From Candidatus Methanomethylicia archaeon (lineage in GTDB: Archaea; Thermoproteota; Methanomethylicia; Culexarchaeales; Culexarchaeaceae), in NCBI GenBank assembly GCA_038727515.1, contig JAVYVS010000002.1, forward strand, positions 128,001 to 192,000: a stretch of DNA of 64,000 nucleotides, given 5' to 3'. Every line of letters starts with the position of its first letter. The first letter of the stretch is position 1. The notes beneath the pieces are model-generated. The model saw only the letters and a program-made list of their open reading frames with translations, was not told the origin of the DNA and ran no database searches. Positions 1 through 10,126 of this stretch are shown in pieces. The translations under genes and the position numbers were made by a program.

Positions 1-1382
1 TGTGCAAAATTCTTTCGCATCAATATGTATTTTGCTTCAATTATCTCCTTATATATCCATAATCCACCTGAAATCTTAAATCCCCATTCAATGAATTTTA
101 TCGTTAAATCCTTTTGTGATGCTATGTTTAAATAGTTTATGAAGGTTTCTGTATCACTAATAGTTAATCCCTTAATTTCATTGAATAATTTCTGCAATAA
201 GTTTAATCCACCATACCCCTCTAATATTGTTTTTATTATTGCATATGATGCAGCATAGTAATTGAGTATGTTTGATGGGGTTTCCACGGGATTCCACCAT
301 TGTATAAATCCATAATTCTCCTTTAATTGTAATGATATTTCCTCCAATGTCTTCATTCTCGATAGAGCTCCTTCCCATCCCATATTCATCGTTAATTTTA
401 TGCTTAGATATTCAGCTAAACCTTCATGTACCCATAATAGGTTTGGAGATATTCCTGCCTTCCAAGCAAAATGATGTATTAATTCATGTAAGGCTATTTG
501 CTCCCAGAATCCTTGTGCAGTTCTAATGTATAATAGGTTTAGATATATATTTCCAAGATGAGTTCCATTAAATGGTATATATCCACCAGTTCCAAGATCT
601 GCTATTCTAGGTGCAAAGAACATAACTTTTACAATCGTTAAATTTACACCAAATATCTTCGTTAGATTATTGTAGAATGTTTTATATGTTTTTATCAGAT
701 TTTCCGCTACTTCTCTATATCTTTCTGGTGTTACCACTTGGAATATTCCATCACTATACACCCTCATATTTCCAGTTTGCATTGTAGTATATTCTATGGC
801 TATTCTAGCACTATTTGACTGTAATCTTATAGTTATCTTCCATTTTCCCCCCTCTAATCCTATGTCTGTTGGCGATGGTTGTACTCCACTTCTTGATACC
901 CTTGAGTTTCCTGGTAGATATATGTATACTATACCTGCATCCCTTTGACTAAAGTATATTTGTGGTGAATAGAAGAAGCAATTTGGTTCAACTATTAAAG
1001 CTCCATTATTCATTGTATAGTTTATTTCTAATTTAAATACTGGGCTTCCAATATATGTGAACGTATAATTATCATAAAATGTAAATTCTTCTCCAGTTGC
1101 TGTATATGCTCTCTTTAATTCACTACTCTTTATGCGTCCACTAATTTCCCTTATTGTGTATTTCGTAAAGTTTCTTGGAACTAGAAGCCATGATTCCCCT
1201 GAACTTCTTGAGGATTCATAGATTATCGTTATTTTAGTTATACCATCATCATCTACATCACATATATAACTGTATGTTCCACTATACTGTTGTGAAAGTA
1301 TTTGATCATTATATGAATACGATATGTTTACAATTAATGGTATTATTAACATTATTATTAGGGTGAATATTGTTTTCCTCAA
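1..1382 (-). CDS. Secreted gluzincin-type zinc metallopeptidase (M1/MA-like), 3' end runs off the window
   Basis: Not in the ORF track. Manual translation from TTG at 1382 (overlaps trmI stop, TTGA): signal-like MRKTIFTLIIMLIIPLIVNISYS, then ALHELIHH...LWVHEGLAEY (HExxH plus downstream Glu); frame open to base 1. Confidence 0.85.
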   Translation of the reverse strand, partial: MRKTIFTLIIMLIIPLIVNISYSYNDQILSQQYSGTYSYICDVDDDGITKITIIYESSRSSGESWLLVPRNFTKYTIREISGRIKSSELKRAYTATGEEFTFYDNYTFTYIGSPVFKLEINYTMNNGALIVEPNCFFYSPQIYFSQRDAGIVYIYLPGNSRVSRSGVQPSPTDIGLEGGKWKITIRLQSNSARIAIEYTTMQTGNMRVYSDGIFQVVTPERYREVAENLIKTYKTFYNNLTKIFGVNLTIVKVMFFAPRIADLGTGGYIPFNGTHLGNIYLNLLYIRTAQGFWEQIALHELIHHFAWKAGISPNLLWVHEGLAEYLSIKLTMNMGWEGALSRMKTLEEISLQLKENYGFIQWWNPVETPSNILNYYAASYAIIKTILEGYGGLNLLQKLFNEIKGLTISDTETFINYLNIASQKDLTIKFIEWGFKISGGLWIYKEIIEAKYILMRKNFA

Positions 1383-2161
1383 ACATCTTCACCTAAAATT
1401 TTTCTTGCAAAAACTATATATCCAGTATGTCCAATCATTATTGTTTCCGGTCTAGTTTCATTAACCTTCACTTTCCATCTCCTTTGAATATTTTCTATAC
1501 ATTCTATCCCTATGAAATTTGATTTCTCCAATGCTTCAACAGTCTTTATAACTTGTTCTATTGTTGGACTATAACTTACAAATACACCCCAATCTGCTAA
1601 TGCTTTATATGCATTATTTACCACTAGCCATGGTGTAGCTACATCCAACATTACAGCATCAACATCTTCTTCATCAAATCCTTGAGTTACATCTTTAAGT
1701 TTTAATTCTACGTATTCCATTAAACCAGCTCTCTCAAGATTCTTCTTCGCTATTTTAATATGTTCCTCTCTACTCTCATAACTATATACTTTTCCATCTG
1801 GTTTTACATAGTATGCCAATGCCATGGTTAAAGCTCCTGAACCAGTTCCAGCTTCTATAACTCTTGACCCTGGACCTATACCTGAATAATGTATTATTAC
1901 TGCTATATCCTTTGGATATATTATTTGAGTTTTCCTTAGTGATTTCATTATGTAATCTCTTATTGTTGGTTTAAGTACATAGAATTCAAATCCAATATTA
2001 CTTTTAACCTTTGATCCATATCTTTTCCCAATTATATTATTAGTATCTAGATATCCCTTATGACTATGGAATTTTTGATCTCTCTTTAAATTCACCATAT
2101 AACTCCTCTTTTGATCGATATATAATATGACATTTTCATTTTCCCTTACTACCTTCTCCAA
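1379..2161 (-). CDS. trmI: tRNA (adenine-57/58-N1)-methyltransferase TrmI
   Basis: RKTQIIYPKD, EAGTGSGALT SAM motif, MLDVATPW, RPETIMIGHTGY. Confidence 0.95.
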   Translation of the reverse strand: MEKVVRENENVILYIDQKRSYMVNLKRDQKFHSHKGYLDTNNIIGKRYGSKVKSNIGFEFYVLKPTIRDYIMKSLRKTQIIYPKDIAVIIHYSGIGPGSRVIEAGTGSGALTMALAYYVKPDGKVYSYESREEHIKIAKKNLERAGLMEYVELKLKDVTQGFDEEDVDAVMLDVATPWLVVNNAYKALADWGVFVSYSPTIEQVIKTVEALEKSNFIGIECIENIQRRWKVKVNETRPETIMIGHTGYIVFARKILGEDV

Positions 2162-2201
2162 AAGTTTCCCTCCAATTCAGATATAAATTACCATCTTCTA
2201 T

Positions 2202-2417
2202 TTATTTTCTCGACATTAAAATAGTTCGTATTTCATCAATCTTCTTCTCCAATCTACTTATGTCTTCAATAATTTTCATCAATAATCTAACTACTTCATT
2301 GTGAACGTATAATTCTTGTAGTGGTCTATCTACACTTTCACCAATCAATCTATAAAATATCAATCTATCCCTCATTAATCTATCTAATTCCCTTTTCTTT
2401 TCCTCTTCTAAATTCAT
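2202..2417 (-). CDS. Small helical/coiled-coil hypothetical protein
   Basis: 71-aa ORF with minus-strand-type codon usage, co-oriented with trmI. Confidence 0.65.
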   Translation of the reverse strand: MNLEEEKKRELDRLMRDRLIFYRLIGESVDRPLQELYVHNEVVRLLMKIIEDISRLEKKIDEIRTILMSRK

Positions 2418-2518
2418 TTCAACTCAAATATATTCACGATTATTAATCTTGTAAATTTTTCTTTGAATTACAGCTAAACATTTTATATAAGTTTTTAATA
2501 TTTTTAATGGTGTTTTAA

Positions 2519-3283
2519 TTGAATTTTAGAGAGTTTATCTCTTCAGCTTCAAAGATGAATCATAGTAGAATTATTCTTGCTTTAGATCTATCTATGATGC
2601 CTAGGGATAGTGGATTTAATCTTTTAAAGAATACTGCTATGAAAATACTTTCATCTGTAGCCAATTATATATGTGCTGTTAAAATTAATATGCAATTACT
2701 CTTGCCATTGGGCCTTTATGATGGTGTTAGTGATATTATACGTTTAGCACATGATTTTAATATTCCTACAATTATGGATTGTAAGTTAAGTGATGTTGGT
2801 CATACAAATCTATGGGCTTCAAAACATTATTTTGAAGCTGGTTTTGATGCTATTATTGTTAATCCAATGGTTGGTTGGAGTGAAGGGGTTGAACCAGTAT
2901 TTAATGTAGCTAGGGATTATGGTGGTAGGGGAGTTATATTGTTAACGTATATGAGCCATAAAGCTTCCCCTGAAAGTTATGAATTGCCAATTTTAATTGA
3001 AGGTTCTCCTAAACCCCTCTATAAGATTTTTGCTGAAAGGGCTTTGAAATGGGGTGCTGATGGAGTAATCGTTGGTGGAACATATCCAGAGAAGATAAGG
3101 GAGATTAAGAGTATTCTATTGGGGAAAATCCCAATATACACTCCAGGCATTGGTTTACAGGGTGGTGAAATTAAAGCTTGTATTGATGCTGGATCTGAAT
3201 ATTTCATTGTTGGTAGATCAATATTTCAAGCTGAAGATCCTGTTGAAGCTGCTAGAAGATTTAGAGATTTAAGCTGGTTTTAA
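2519..3283 (+). CDS. pyrF: Orotidine 5'-phosphate decarboxylase
   Basis: IILALD, DCKLSDVGHT (DxKxxD), TPGIGLQGG, IVGRSI. Confidence 0.95.
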   Translation: MNFREFISSASKMNHSRIILALDLSMMPRDSGFNLLKNTAMKILSSVANYICAVKINMQLLLPLGLYDGVSDIIRLAHDFNIPTIMDCKLSDVGHTNLWASKHYFEAGFDAIIVNPMVGWSEGVEPVFNVARDYGGRGVILLTYMSHKASPESYELPILIEGSPKPLYKIFAERALKWGADGVIVGGTYPEKIREIKSILLGKIPIYTPGIGLQGGEIKACIDAGSEYFIVGRSIFQAEDPVEAARRFRDLSWF

Positions 3284-3744
3284 CCCGTGTATTCATAGAT
3301 CCTCCATAATTCAATAACCTTTGTTAGAAAGTTTTCTATTAAATATCCTTGTCCTACACCTGGACATAATGCATCTACATACAAGTATAACTTCCCCTCA
3401 TTTACTTCTACTTCTGCTCTTTTCTCATCTAATCCTTCAATGGGCCTTCTTGAGACATGAAATGGATATAATTTACAGCATAATGGTCTCTCAAGATAAT
3501 TCATACAATAAGCTATATTGTTAATCTTTGTTAGGAATATACATGTTCCATCAGCCTTCTTTGATAGATAATATCTCCCATTATAATATACCAATATTGG
3601 ACCATATTTCCTCATTAATGATATTGCCTCATGATTTTTTAATGGTACAATATATGTTGTACAACATCTTCCACATCTAATACATCTCCATGATTTTGCA
3701 TCTTTCCACGGTATATATCTCTCAGCCTTCTGCATATTACTCAT
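3280..3744 (-). CDS. YkgJ/CxxCxxCC family cysteine-cluster protein
   Basis: CIRCGRCC, CIFL, CMNYLERPLCCKLYPF. Confidence 0.85.
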   Translation of the reverse strand: MSNMQKAERYIPWKDAKSWRCIRCGRCCTTYIVPLKNHEAISLMRKYGPILVYYNGRYYLSKKADGTCIFLTKINNIAYCMNYLERPLCCKLYPFHVSRRPIEGLDEKRAEVEVNEGKLYLYVDALCPGVGQGYLIENFLTKVIELWRIYEYTG

Positions 3745-3801
3745 ACCATCAATGAAAGTTAATTATTTATAATTTATAATTAAATTTTATGTGGTATATT
3801 T

Positions 3802-4233
3802 ATGTGCTCCATATTCCTGGGCGATATAAGATCTCTAAATTTTAATGATTTAATTAATCGTTTAAAATCTACGTCTCCCAATGTTGGTTGTGTATTGTTG
3901 TTTATTGGGTTTGTTAGGTCTGAAGGTGTAGATGGTGGTAATGTTAGGAATCTTGTTTATGAAGCTTATAAAGATCTCGCGGAGAGGGAGTTGAAATCAA
4001 TTGTGGATGATTCTATGAAGGTTGATGGTGTTTACTCCATTGAGATTATGCATATGATTGGTTCAGCGGTTCCTGGGGAGCATACATTTATTGTTGGGGT
4101 TGCATCTAAACATAGAAATGAAGGATTTAGAGTTTTAAGAGATGTAGTTGAAAGAGTTAAAAGAGAAGTTCACATATGGAAGAAGGAGATTACGGATAAA
4201 GGTGAAAATTGGATTATTGGTGGGGATAGTTAA
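3802..4233 (+). CDS. moaE: Molybdopterin synthase catalytic subunit MoaE
   Basis: FIGFVR, LVYEAY, SKHRNEGF, VKREVHIWKKE. Confidence 0.9.
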   Translation: MCSIFLGDIRSLNFNDLINRLKSTSPNVGCVLLFIGFVRSEGVDGGNVRNLVYEAYKDLAERELKSIVDDSMKVDGVYSIEIMHMIGSAVPGEHTFIVGVASKHRNEGFRVLRDVVERVKREVHIWKKEITDKGENWIIGGDS

Positions 4234-4279
4234 TAGTTATGCTTTTTAAGTTTAATTAAACAGTATTATTGGTGTTTAT

Positions 4280-5185
4280 ATGGCTATGGATTTAGCTTCG
4301 AAAATTGAAGATGCAACTGTAATGCTTATTAAAGCTGCATCAATATATCTACCATTGGATGTTAAAAATGCATTAATTAAAGCTAGAGATTTAGAGGTTA
4401 ATACATTGGCTAAAGCTCAACTTGAAGCTATAATCAAGAATTGTGAACTTGCAGAAGCTGAAGGTAAACCTATATGTCAAGATACTGGTCTCATATCATT
4501 CTATGTATCCATAGGTGATGATTTTCCAATTAAAAGTAAACTTATCGATATTCTGAATAAAGCTACTATAAGAGCTACAAAGGAGATTCCACTAAGACCT
4601 AATGCTGTTGATGTTTTAAGTGGTAAGAATAGTGGTGATAATACTGGTAGATATATTCCAAGTATTGATTGGGAACTTATATCGAATAGCGGTGAAGTTA
4701 AAATAACAGTTTTTCCAAAGGGTGGTGGAAGTGAAGGACCTTGTATAGCTAAAGTTATACTTCCAACTGAAGGTTTAAAATATGCTAAAAAGCTTGTTTT
4801 AGATGCTGTTGCTGATGCTGGGGCAAAACCTTGCCCACCTACAGTTGTAGGTGTTGGTTTAGGTGGAACAATAGATTTAGCTGTTAAACTTGCTAAGAAA
4901 TCTCTACTAAGACCTATAGGTGTTAGAAGTGAAATTGAGGAAATTGCTAAACTTGAAGAAGAATTAATTGAACTTGTAAATAGTTTGGGTATTGGCCCCC
5001 ATGGTGTTGGTGGAAAAACAACTGTACTAGATGTACATGTTGATTGTGCTCATAGACATCCTGCATCTTATGCTGTAGCTGTATTATTTAATTGCTGGGC
5101 TGTTAGGAGATCCACTATGACTATAGATTCAAAGGGTAATGTTAATTTCATAACACATGAATTTATGAATAAATTTTGGAGGTGA
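4280..5185 (+). CDS. Fe-S fumarate hydratase / tartrate dehydratase, alpha subunit
   Basis: PICQDTG, LRPNAV, KGGGSE, PCPP, HRHPAS, NCWAVRR. Confidence 0.9.
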   Translation: MAMDLASKIEDATVMLIKAASIYLPLDVKNALIKARDLEVNTLAKAQLEAIIKNCELAEAEGKPICQDTGLISFYVSIGDDFPIKSKLIDILNKATIRATKEIPLRPNAVDVLSGKNSGDNTGRYIPSIDWELISNSGEVKITVFPKGGGSEGPCIAKVILPTEGLKYAKKLVLDAVADAGAKPCPPTVVGVGLGGTIDLAVKLAKKSLLRPIGVRSEIEEIAKLEEELIELVNSLGIGPHGVGGKTTVLDVHVDCAHRHPASYAVAVLFNCWAVRRSTMTIDSKGNVNFITHEFMNKFWR

Positions 5186-5190
5186 ATATT

Positions 5191-5796
5191 TTGGAGTATT
5201 ATCTCAATACCCCCATAAGTGATGAAGATATTAGGAAACTTAAGGTTGGAGACATAGTTTATTTAAGTGGTATTATAGTTACAGCTAGAGATGCAGCTCA
5301 TAATAGAGCTTTATCCATATTGAATTCCGGTAAACAATTACCAATAGATTTAAGGGGTTTAGCTGTTTACCATTGTGGTCCAGTTGTTGATAAGAGGAAT
5401 GGAGAATGGGTTATTGTAGTTGCAGGACCCACCACTAGTACTAGGATGGATGCATTAGAATATGATTTCATTGAGAAAACTGGTGTAAAGATGGTTATTG
5501 GTAAAGGTGGTATGGGTAATAGAACTGTTGAAGCTTGTAAGAAGTTTGGTGCAGTCTATACAATATTTACTGGTGGTGCAGCAGTTTTAGCTGCTAAAGG
5601 TATGAAGAGAGTTTTAGATGTACATTGGCTTGATTTAGGTGTTCCAGAAGCTCTATGGGTTATTGAAGTTGATAAATTTGGGCCATTAATGGTTACCATT
5701 GATTCTCATGGAAATAACTTCTATGATTCCATTAATAAAGAGGTTTATAGAAGGCTTAGGGAAGAGATTTATCCAAAGATTGGAGTTAAAGCTTAA
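5191..5796 (+). CDS. Fe-S fumarate hydratase / tartrate dehydratase, beta subunit
   Basis: TARDAAH, YHCGP, GPTTSTRM, IGKGGM; start placed at TTG 5191 behind a GGAGGTGA SD (track start 5176). Confidence 0.9.
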   Translation: MEYYLNTPISDEDIRKLKVGDIVYLSGIIVTARDAAHNRALSILNSGKQLPIDLRGLAVYHCGPVVDKRNGEWVIVVAGPTTSTRMDALEYDFIEKTGVKMVIGKGGMGNRTVEACKKFGAVYTIFTGGAAVLAAKGMKRVLDVHWLDLGVPEALWVIEVDKFGPLMVTIDSHGNNFYDSINKEVYRRLREEIYPKIGVKA

Positions 5797-5797
5797 T

Positions 5798-6295
5798 TTA
5801 AACAATATTTTCTTTTTGATATATTCCTTCATATATTTTATGTGGTTCTCCACTTAATTTAATGAATATTAATTGTACTATCCTTGCATTTTTATATAGG
5901 TATATTCCCTTTTCATTGAATACATGTAGTAGACTTTCACTTCTACCAATATATCCTGGATCCCATATAGCTGTATATATTGTTGCTCCACATCTTATTA
6001 ATGATGATCTTGGATATCCAATTGCTATAACATCCTTTGGCATCTTTATTATTTCATTATACTTTACTCTATATACTCCTGCTTCTAAGAATATTTTTCC
6101 ATCTTCTCCAAAGGATAATGGTTCTGTTTTCGGTATCTTCCTAAATTTATTTGTTAAATCTATAACTCCTGCTTCCAAAATTCTTTCAATACTATTCAAT
6201 GTTAATTCTATACCAGCTGGTTGAACTTGTAATTCTGGATTTACCAAATTTTCCACAATACCCATTTTATATGCTTCTAATCCAGTTATAATCAT
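5798..6295 (-). CDS. dut: Archaeal dUTPase (dCTP deaminase-like trimeric family)
   Basis: QPAGIELT, PRSSLIR, WDPGYIG, ARIVQL, YEGIYQ. Confidence 0.8.
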   Translation of the reverse strand: MIITGLEAYKMGIVENLVNPELQVQPAGIELTLNSIERILEAGVIDLTNKFRKIPKTEPLSFGEDGKIFLEAGVYRVKYNEIIKMPKDVIAIGYPRSSLIRCGATIYTAIWDPGYIGRSESLLHVFNEKGIYLYKNARIVQLIFIKLSGEPHKIYEGIYQKENIV

Positions 6296-6297
6296 GT

Positions 6298-9093
6298 TTA
6301 CTCACCCCAAAACATTCTAGTCCTTAAATATTCCTTTTCTGCTTCTAATATTTCAAGGTAAAATTCTTCTTCAGTTTTTTGAGGTCCTCTAAGTATTCTT
6401 GAAGCTGTTGTAGGTCCAATTCCTCTTGCAGCTAATGCTATTAATGCTCTTTTACCATAACTCATTATTAGACTTATACTTTTCTGGAAGTTTTCTAAAT
6501 CCTTCTTTTCATCTTCACTTAGCTTTCTACCTTTAAATTTTTTATCAATTATTTTTAGGATGTCTTCTCTATATGTTGTTCCTATAGCTTTAGCTCCACA
6601 TTTTGGGCATGTTATTTCATCTGGAATATATTTCAATCTATATTTACCCATCCATTTTCTACAATGTATACATGCCAATATAATCTCTCTATTTTGAATT
6701 CTCTCTTTAACTATTTCCACTAGATTTAATGGGGCTTCTGAACTTGGAATTAAACCTTGTGGTAATGTTTGCATTAATATTTGCTTTGTTAATGGTGAAA
6801 TTTCTTCATTTAAATTCCTCCTTACAACTATTATCTCCACTTTTCCACTATTAATATCATTTAGATACTTTTTTACCGATTCTACTTCAAAATAATCTTG
6901 TAATGCTTCTCTAATAGCTTCCCCTTCAACGATGCTTCCTTCTAAATATGGAATTATTGATTCTATCCTACTAATTTTTGCTTCTTTCTCTATTACCCCC
7001 ATCCTTCTAGCAACATGGAAAATCTTCCATTTATATTCTGATGTATTCTTTAAAGCTTTCACTAAATCTTCCATTTCCATATTTATTTCATGTATTATTT
7101 GAATTATTGATTCTGGATTTAATGGTCTTGAGGTTATTAATGCTATCCTATATGGATCGCTTGCTATTCTCACATTAATTCTAAGTTTTTCATGTATTTT
7201 CAATGCTATTAATGATGCTATAGTCCTATTACCATTAGTTCCAAGTGGTATATGTATCACTATTATCTTACCCAATCCTTCCACTATAACCCTCTTTGAT
7301 GTTGGTATCTTAATTCCAAGTTTAACATGTTCATTTAATGCCCCCCTAATTTTACCTAAAATCTCCCCTCTTAATGGGTATCCACTCAATCTTTCACCTT
7401 TAAATATTTTCTCCCTTAAATCTGCAGCTTCCATGGCTACATCTACTGGTACTGGTATTAATTCTCCAATCCATGCTGGTATTGCAGCTAAATCTTCCCC
7501 CATATATTCCACGTAAATTTTCAATTCATTTTCATCTATGTTTATAATGTTCCATGTTCTTCCAGCTAATATAAATGGTTCCTTTCCATGTATTACTACA
7601 AATTCTTCATCTAAATTTCCAATGGGTCTTCTATCTTCTACTGATATTACAGTAAACTTTCTAGTGTCTGGTATTACTGATAAATTTTCATAGTAGTATT
7701 TCCAAGTTCTATTTTTCCTCACCTTTAAATTTCCATCTTCCCCATAATATTTTATTACGCCTATTTCCGATAGGAATGATGCAACTTCAATTACATCTTC
7801 TTCTTTTAAATCTCTATATGGGTATGCTTTGCTAAATATCCTTTTTACATCCTTTACATTTATGGATCCTAAATCCAATATTAATCCAACCATTTGATGT
7901 GCTAATACATCTAAAGCTTTTTCATGCATCTTTAAATCCTCTATCCTCTTCTCCATAACTCTCTTTGCCAATACTGCAGATTCAATTATATCATCTATTG
8001 TAGATGCTATTATTGTTCCACATGATGTTTCCCAAATTTTATGTCCAGATCTTCCGACTCTTTGCATTAAGTTTGTTGCTTGTCTTGGTGATGTATATTG
8101 TATAACATGGTCTATCGATCCAATATCTATCCCAAGTTCTAGTGATGATGTACAGATCAAAAGTTTTATTATTCCATTTCTAAATTCTTCTTCAATTCTT
8201 ATCCTCTCCTCTTTTGATATTGAGCCATGATGTACTCCAATTTTAAATGGTGGATTTAACTTCTTAATCATAGTTGATAATGCTTCAGCAGTTTCTCTAG
8301 TGTTTGTGAATAATAGTATAGAATTACCTTTTGAAGCTAATTCTATTATCCTCCTAAGTCTCTTTACCATGTGTACTGGTATACCTTCTACTTCTGAATA
8401 ATTTTCTTCATCATCAAATACTGCTTCAACATTTATTTCGAAATTCTTCTTTTCTGTTGAATCTATTATCTTTACTTTCCTATCTGTTCCAGCTAGGAAT
8501 TTCGCTGCTAAATCCCTATTCCCTATAGTTGCAGATAATCCTATTCTCTGAATCTCCTCCTCACATACTTCTTCAAGTCTCTCTAAAGCTAATGCTAGTT
8601 GAGCCCCCCTCTTATCGGATACTAGCTCATGTAGCTCATCTATGACTACATATCTTACTTTTGATAGATGTTTACGTATAGTTTTACCTGGTAATATTGC
8701 TTGTAGTGTTTCTGGTGTTGTTATCAATATTTTTGGCGGTTTTAAAGCTTGTCTCCTCCTAATTGATTCAGGTGTATCTCCATGTCTAACTTCTATTGAT
8801 ATTCCAGCTTTCTCAGCTATTTCCACCATCCTCTTCAATATATCCCTATTTAAAGCTCTTAATGGTGTTACGTATATTGCCCTTATCCCTCTAATATCTT
8901 CATTCATCATCATACTTATTATTGGGAATAATGCTGCCTCAGTTTTACCCGATCCCGTTGGTGCTATTAATAATATATTTTCTCCATTCAATATTTCTGG
9001 TATTGCCTTCTCCTGTGGTTCTGTAGGCTCTATATATCCATAATCCAATATTATCCTTCTAAGTTTTTCATTTAATTTTTGAAATGCGTTCAT
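6298..9093 (-). CDS. lhr: Lhr-family SF2 helicase (paralog 1) with C-terminal Cys-rich domain
   Basis: APTGSGKT, PLRALNRD, RHGDT, DELH, SAT, HHGS, SSLELGID, QRVGRSGH; C-terminal CIHC...CPKC. Confidence 0.93.
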   Translation of the reverse strand: MNAFQKLNEKLRRIILDYGYIEPTEPQEKAIPEILNGENILLIAPTGSGKTEAALFPIISMMMNEDIRGIRAIYVTPLRALNRDILKRMVEIAEKAGISIEVRHGDTPESIRRRQALKPPKILITTPETLQAILPGKTIRKHLSKVRYVVIDELHELVSDKRGAQLALALERLEEVCEEEIQRIGLSATIGNRDLAAKFLAGTDRKVKIIDSTEKKNFEINVEAVFDDEENYSEVEGIPVHMVKRLRRIIELASKGNSILLFTNTRETAEALSTMIKKLNPPFKIGVHHGSISKEERIRIEEEFRNGIIKLLICTSSLELGIDIGSIDHVIQYTSPRQATNLMQRVGRSGHKIWETSCGTIIASTIDDIIESAVLAKRVMEKRIEDLKMHEKALDVLAHQMVGLILDLGSINVKDVKRIFSKAYPYRDLKEEDVIEVASFLSEIGVIKYYGEDGNLKVRKNRTWKYYYENLSVIPDTRKFTVISVEDRRPIGNLDEEFVVIHGKEPFILAGRTWNIINIDENELKIYVEYMGEDLAAIPAWIGELIPVPVDVAMEAADLREKIFKGERLSGYPLRGEILGKIRGALNEHVKLGIKIPTSKRVIVEGLGKIIVIHIPLGTNGNRTIASLIALKIHEKLRINVRIASDPYRIALITSRPLNPESIIQIIHEINMEMEDLVKALKNTSEYKWKIFHVARRMGVIEKEAKISRIESIIPYLEGSIVEGEAIREALQDYFEVESVKKYLNDINSGKVEIIVVRRNLNEEISPLTKQILMQTLPQGLIPSSEAPLNLVEIVKERIQNREIILACIHCRKWMGKYRLKYIPDEITCPKCGAKAIGTTYREDILKIIDKKFKGRKLSEDEKKDLENFQKSISLIMSYGKRALIALAARGIGPTTASRILRGPQKTEEEFYLEILEAEKEYLRTRMFWGE

Positions 9094-9100
9094 GGTTAAT

Positions 9101-9274
9101 TTAAATCTCCCTAATTATCTTCTTGAATTCTGAACTTGCTTCTAATTCCTTTTTCAAGTGATCTCTTATAGCTGCTCTAATGAATTCACTTCTACTTGGA
9201 TATGTTCCTATCCTTATCAATTCATCCATTGCCTTCACATATTGTTCTGGAAGCCTTATACATATAACCTTCAT
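9101..9274 (-). CDS. Ribbon-helix-helix (CopG/Arc/MetJ, CdrS-like) regulator, 57 aa
   Basis: Below the track cutoff; manual translation MKVICIRLPEQYVKAMDELIRIGTYPSRSEFIRAAIRDHLKKELEASSEFKKIIREI. Confidence 0.88.
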   Translation of the reverse strand: MKVICIRLPEQYVKAMDELIRIGTYPSRSEFIRAAIRDHLKKELEASSEFKKIIREI

Positions 9275-9367
9275 ATACTTCCCAAAACCTAAATTTGTGT
9301 TTGTTCAATATAAATTATTGCAAAAAGTATATTTAATTTATAGTACAAGATTTTTTGGTGGATTTCT

Positions 9368-10126
9368 TTGTCTATTATTGTTGAAAGGTTTAAAACTGGA
9401 ATTGCTGCTTTAGATGAAGTTCTACCCAATGGTATCCCTAGGAATAATATGATTTTAATTTTAGGTGAAGGTGGAACTGGTAAATCTGTATTTATGGTTC
9501 AACTAATGAATTATAGACTTAACCTGGGTGAACCATGTATATTCATTTGTTTTGATGATATTCCATTGGCAATATTTCAATCAGCTGCATCCTTTGGATG
9601 GAATTTTATGGATTATGCTAATAAGGGGTTGCTTAAATTCGTAGATTGTTTTTCATTTAGAATGAGTCCCGATAAAACTTCAATACCTGAATATATAATA
9701 TACGTTGAAAATCCAAGGGAACTCTACAATTTAATAGATGTTGTAACTACTTTAATGGATAAATTGGAGATGAAGAATAGAGGTGCAATATTCATAGATT
9801 CTGTAACAGAATTATTTAGTTTAAGTGAAACTGCTATTGCACTTGAAGCTGTAAAAATTCTTAGAGCTGAATGCTCTAAGGAGCGTAACGTCCCAATATT
9901 TGGAACCTTCCATTTTGGCATTAAACCATTTGATGATATTGAACAAATATTGGAGTATGTTGTTGATGGACTCATAGATTTAAGATATGATCCACAGTAT
10001 ATGCAACAAGGATTTCTAATTAAACAATTTAGAGTTAGGAAGATGAAGGGTGTCCCCCACCATACAAATTGGGTTAACTTTAACATTGATTCCTCTGGAA
10101 TATTTAAGATTGATACTAAGAGTTAA
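9368..10126 (+). CDS. KaiC/RAD55-like RecA-superfamily ATPase (single domain)
   Basis: FKTGIAALDEVL..GIP, GEGGTGKS, IFIDS, EYVVDGLIDL, RVRKMKG. Confidence 0.9.
   Translation: MSIIVERFKTGIAALDEVLPNGIPRNNMILILGEGGTGKSVFMVQLMNYRLNLGEPCIFICFDDIPLAIFQSAASFGWNFMDYANKGLLKFVDCFSFRMSPDKTSIPEYIIYVENPRELYNLIDVVTTLMDKLEMKNRGAIFIDSVTELFSLSETAIALEAVKILRAECSKERNVPIFGTFHFGIKPFDDIEQILEYVVDGLIDLRYDPQYMQQGFLIKQFRVRKMKGVPHHTNWVNFNIDSSGIFKIDTKS

Noticed and set aside
178-526. Track ORFs 178-378(-) and 332-526(+)
   Set aside because: They lie within the long minus-strand metallopeptidase frame; out-of-frame or antisense shadows
9180-9413. 77-aa + strand ORF
   Set aside because: Antisense to the RHH gene and overlapping the KaiC-like start
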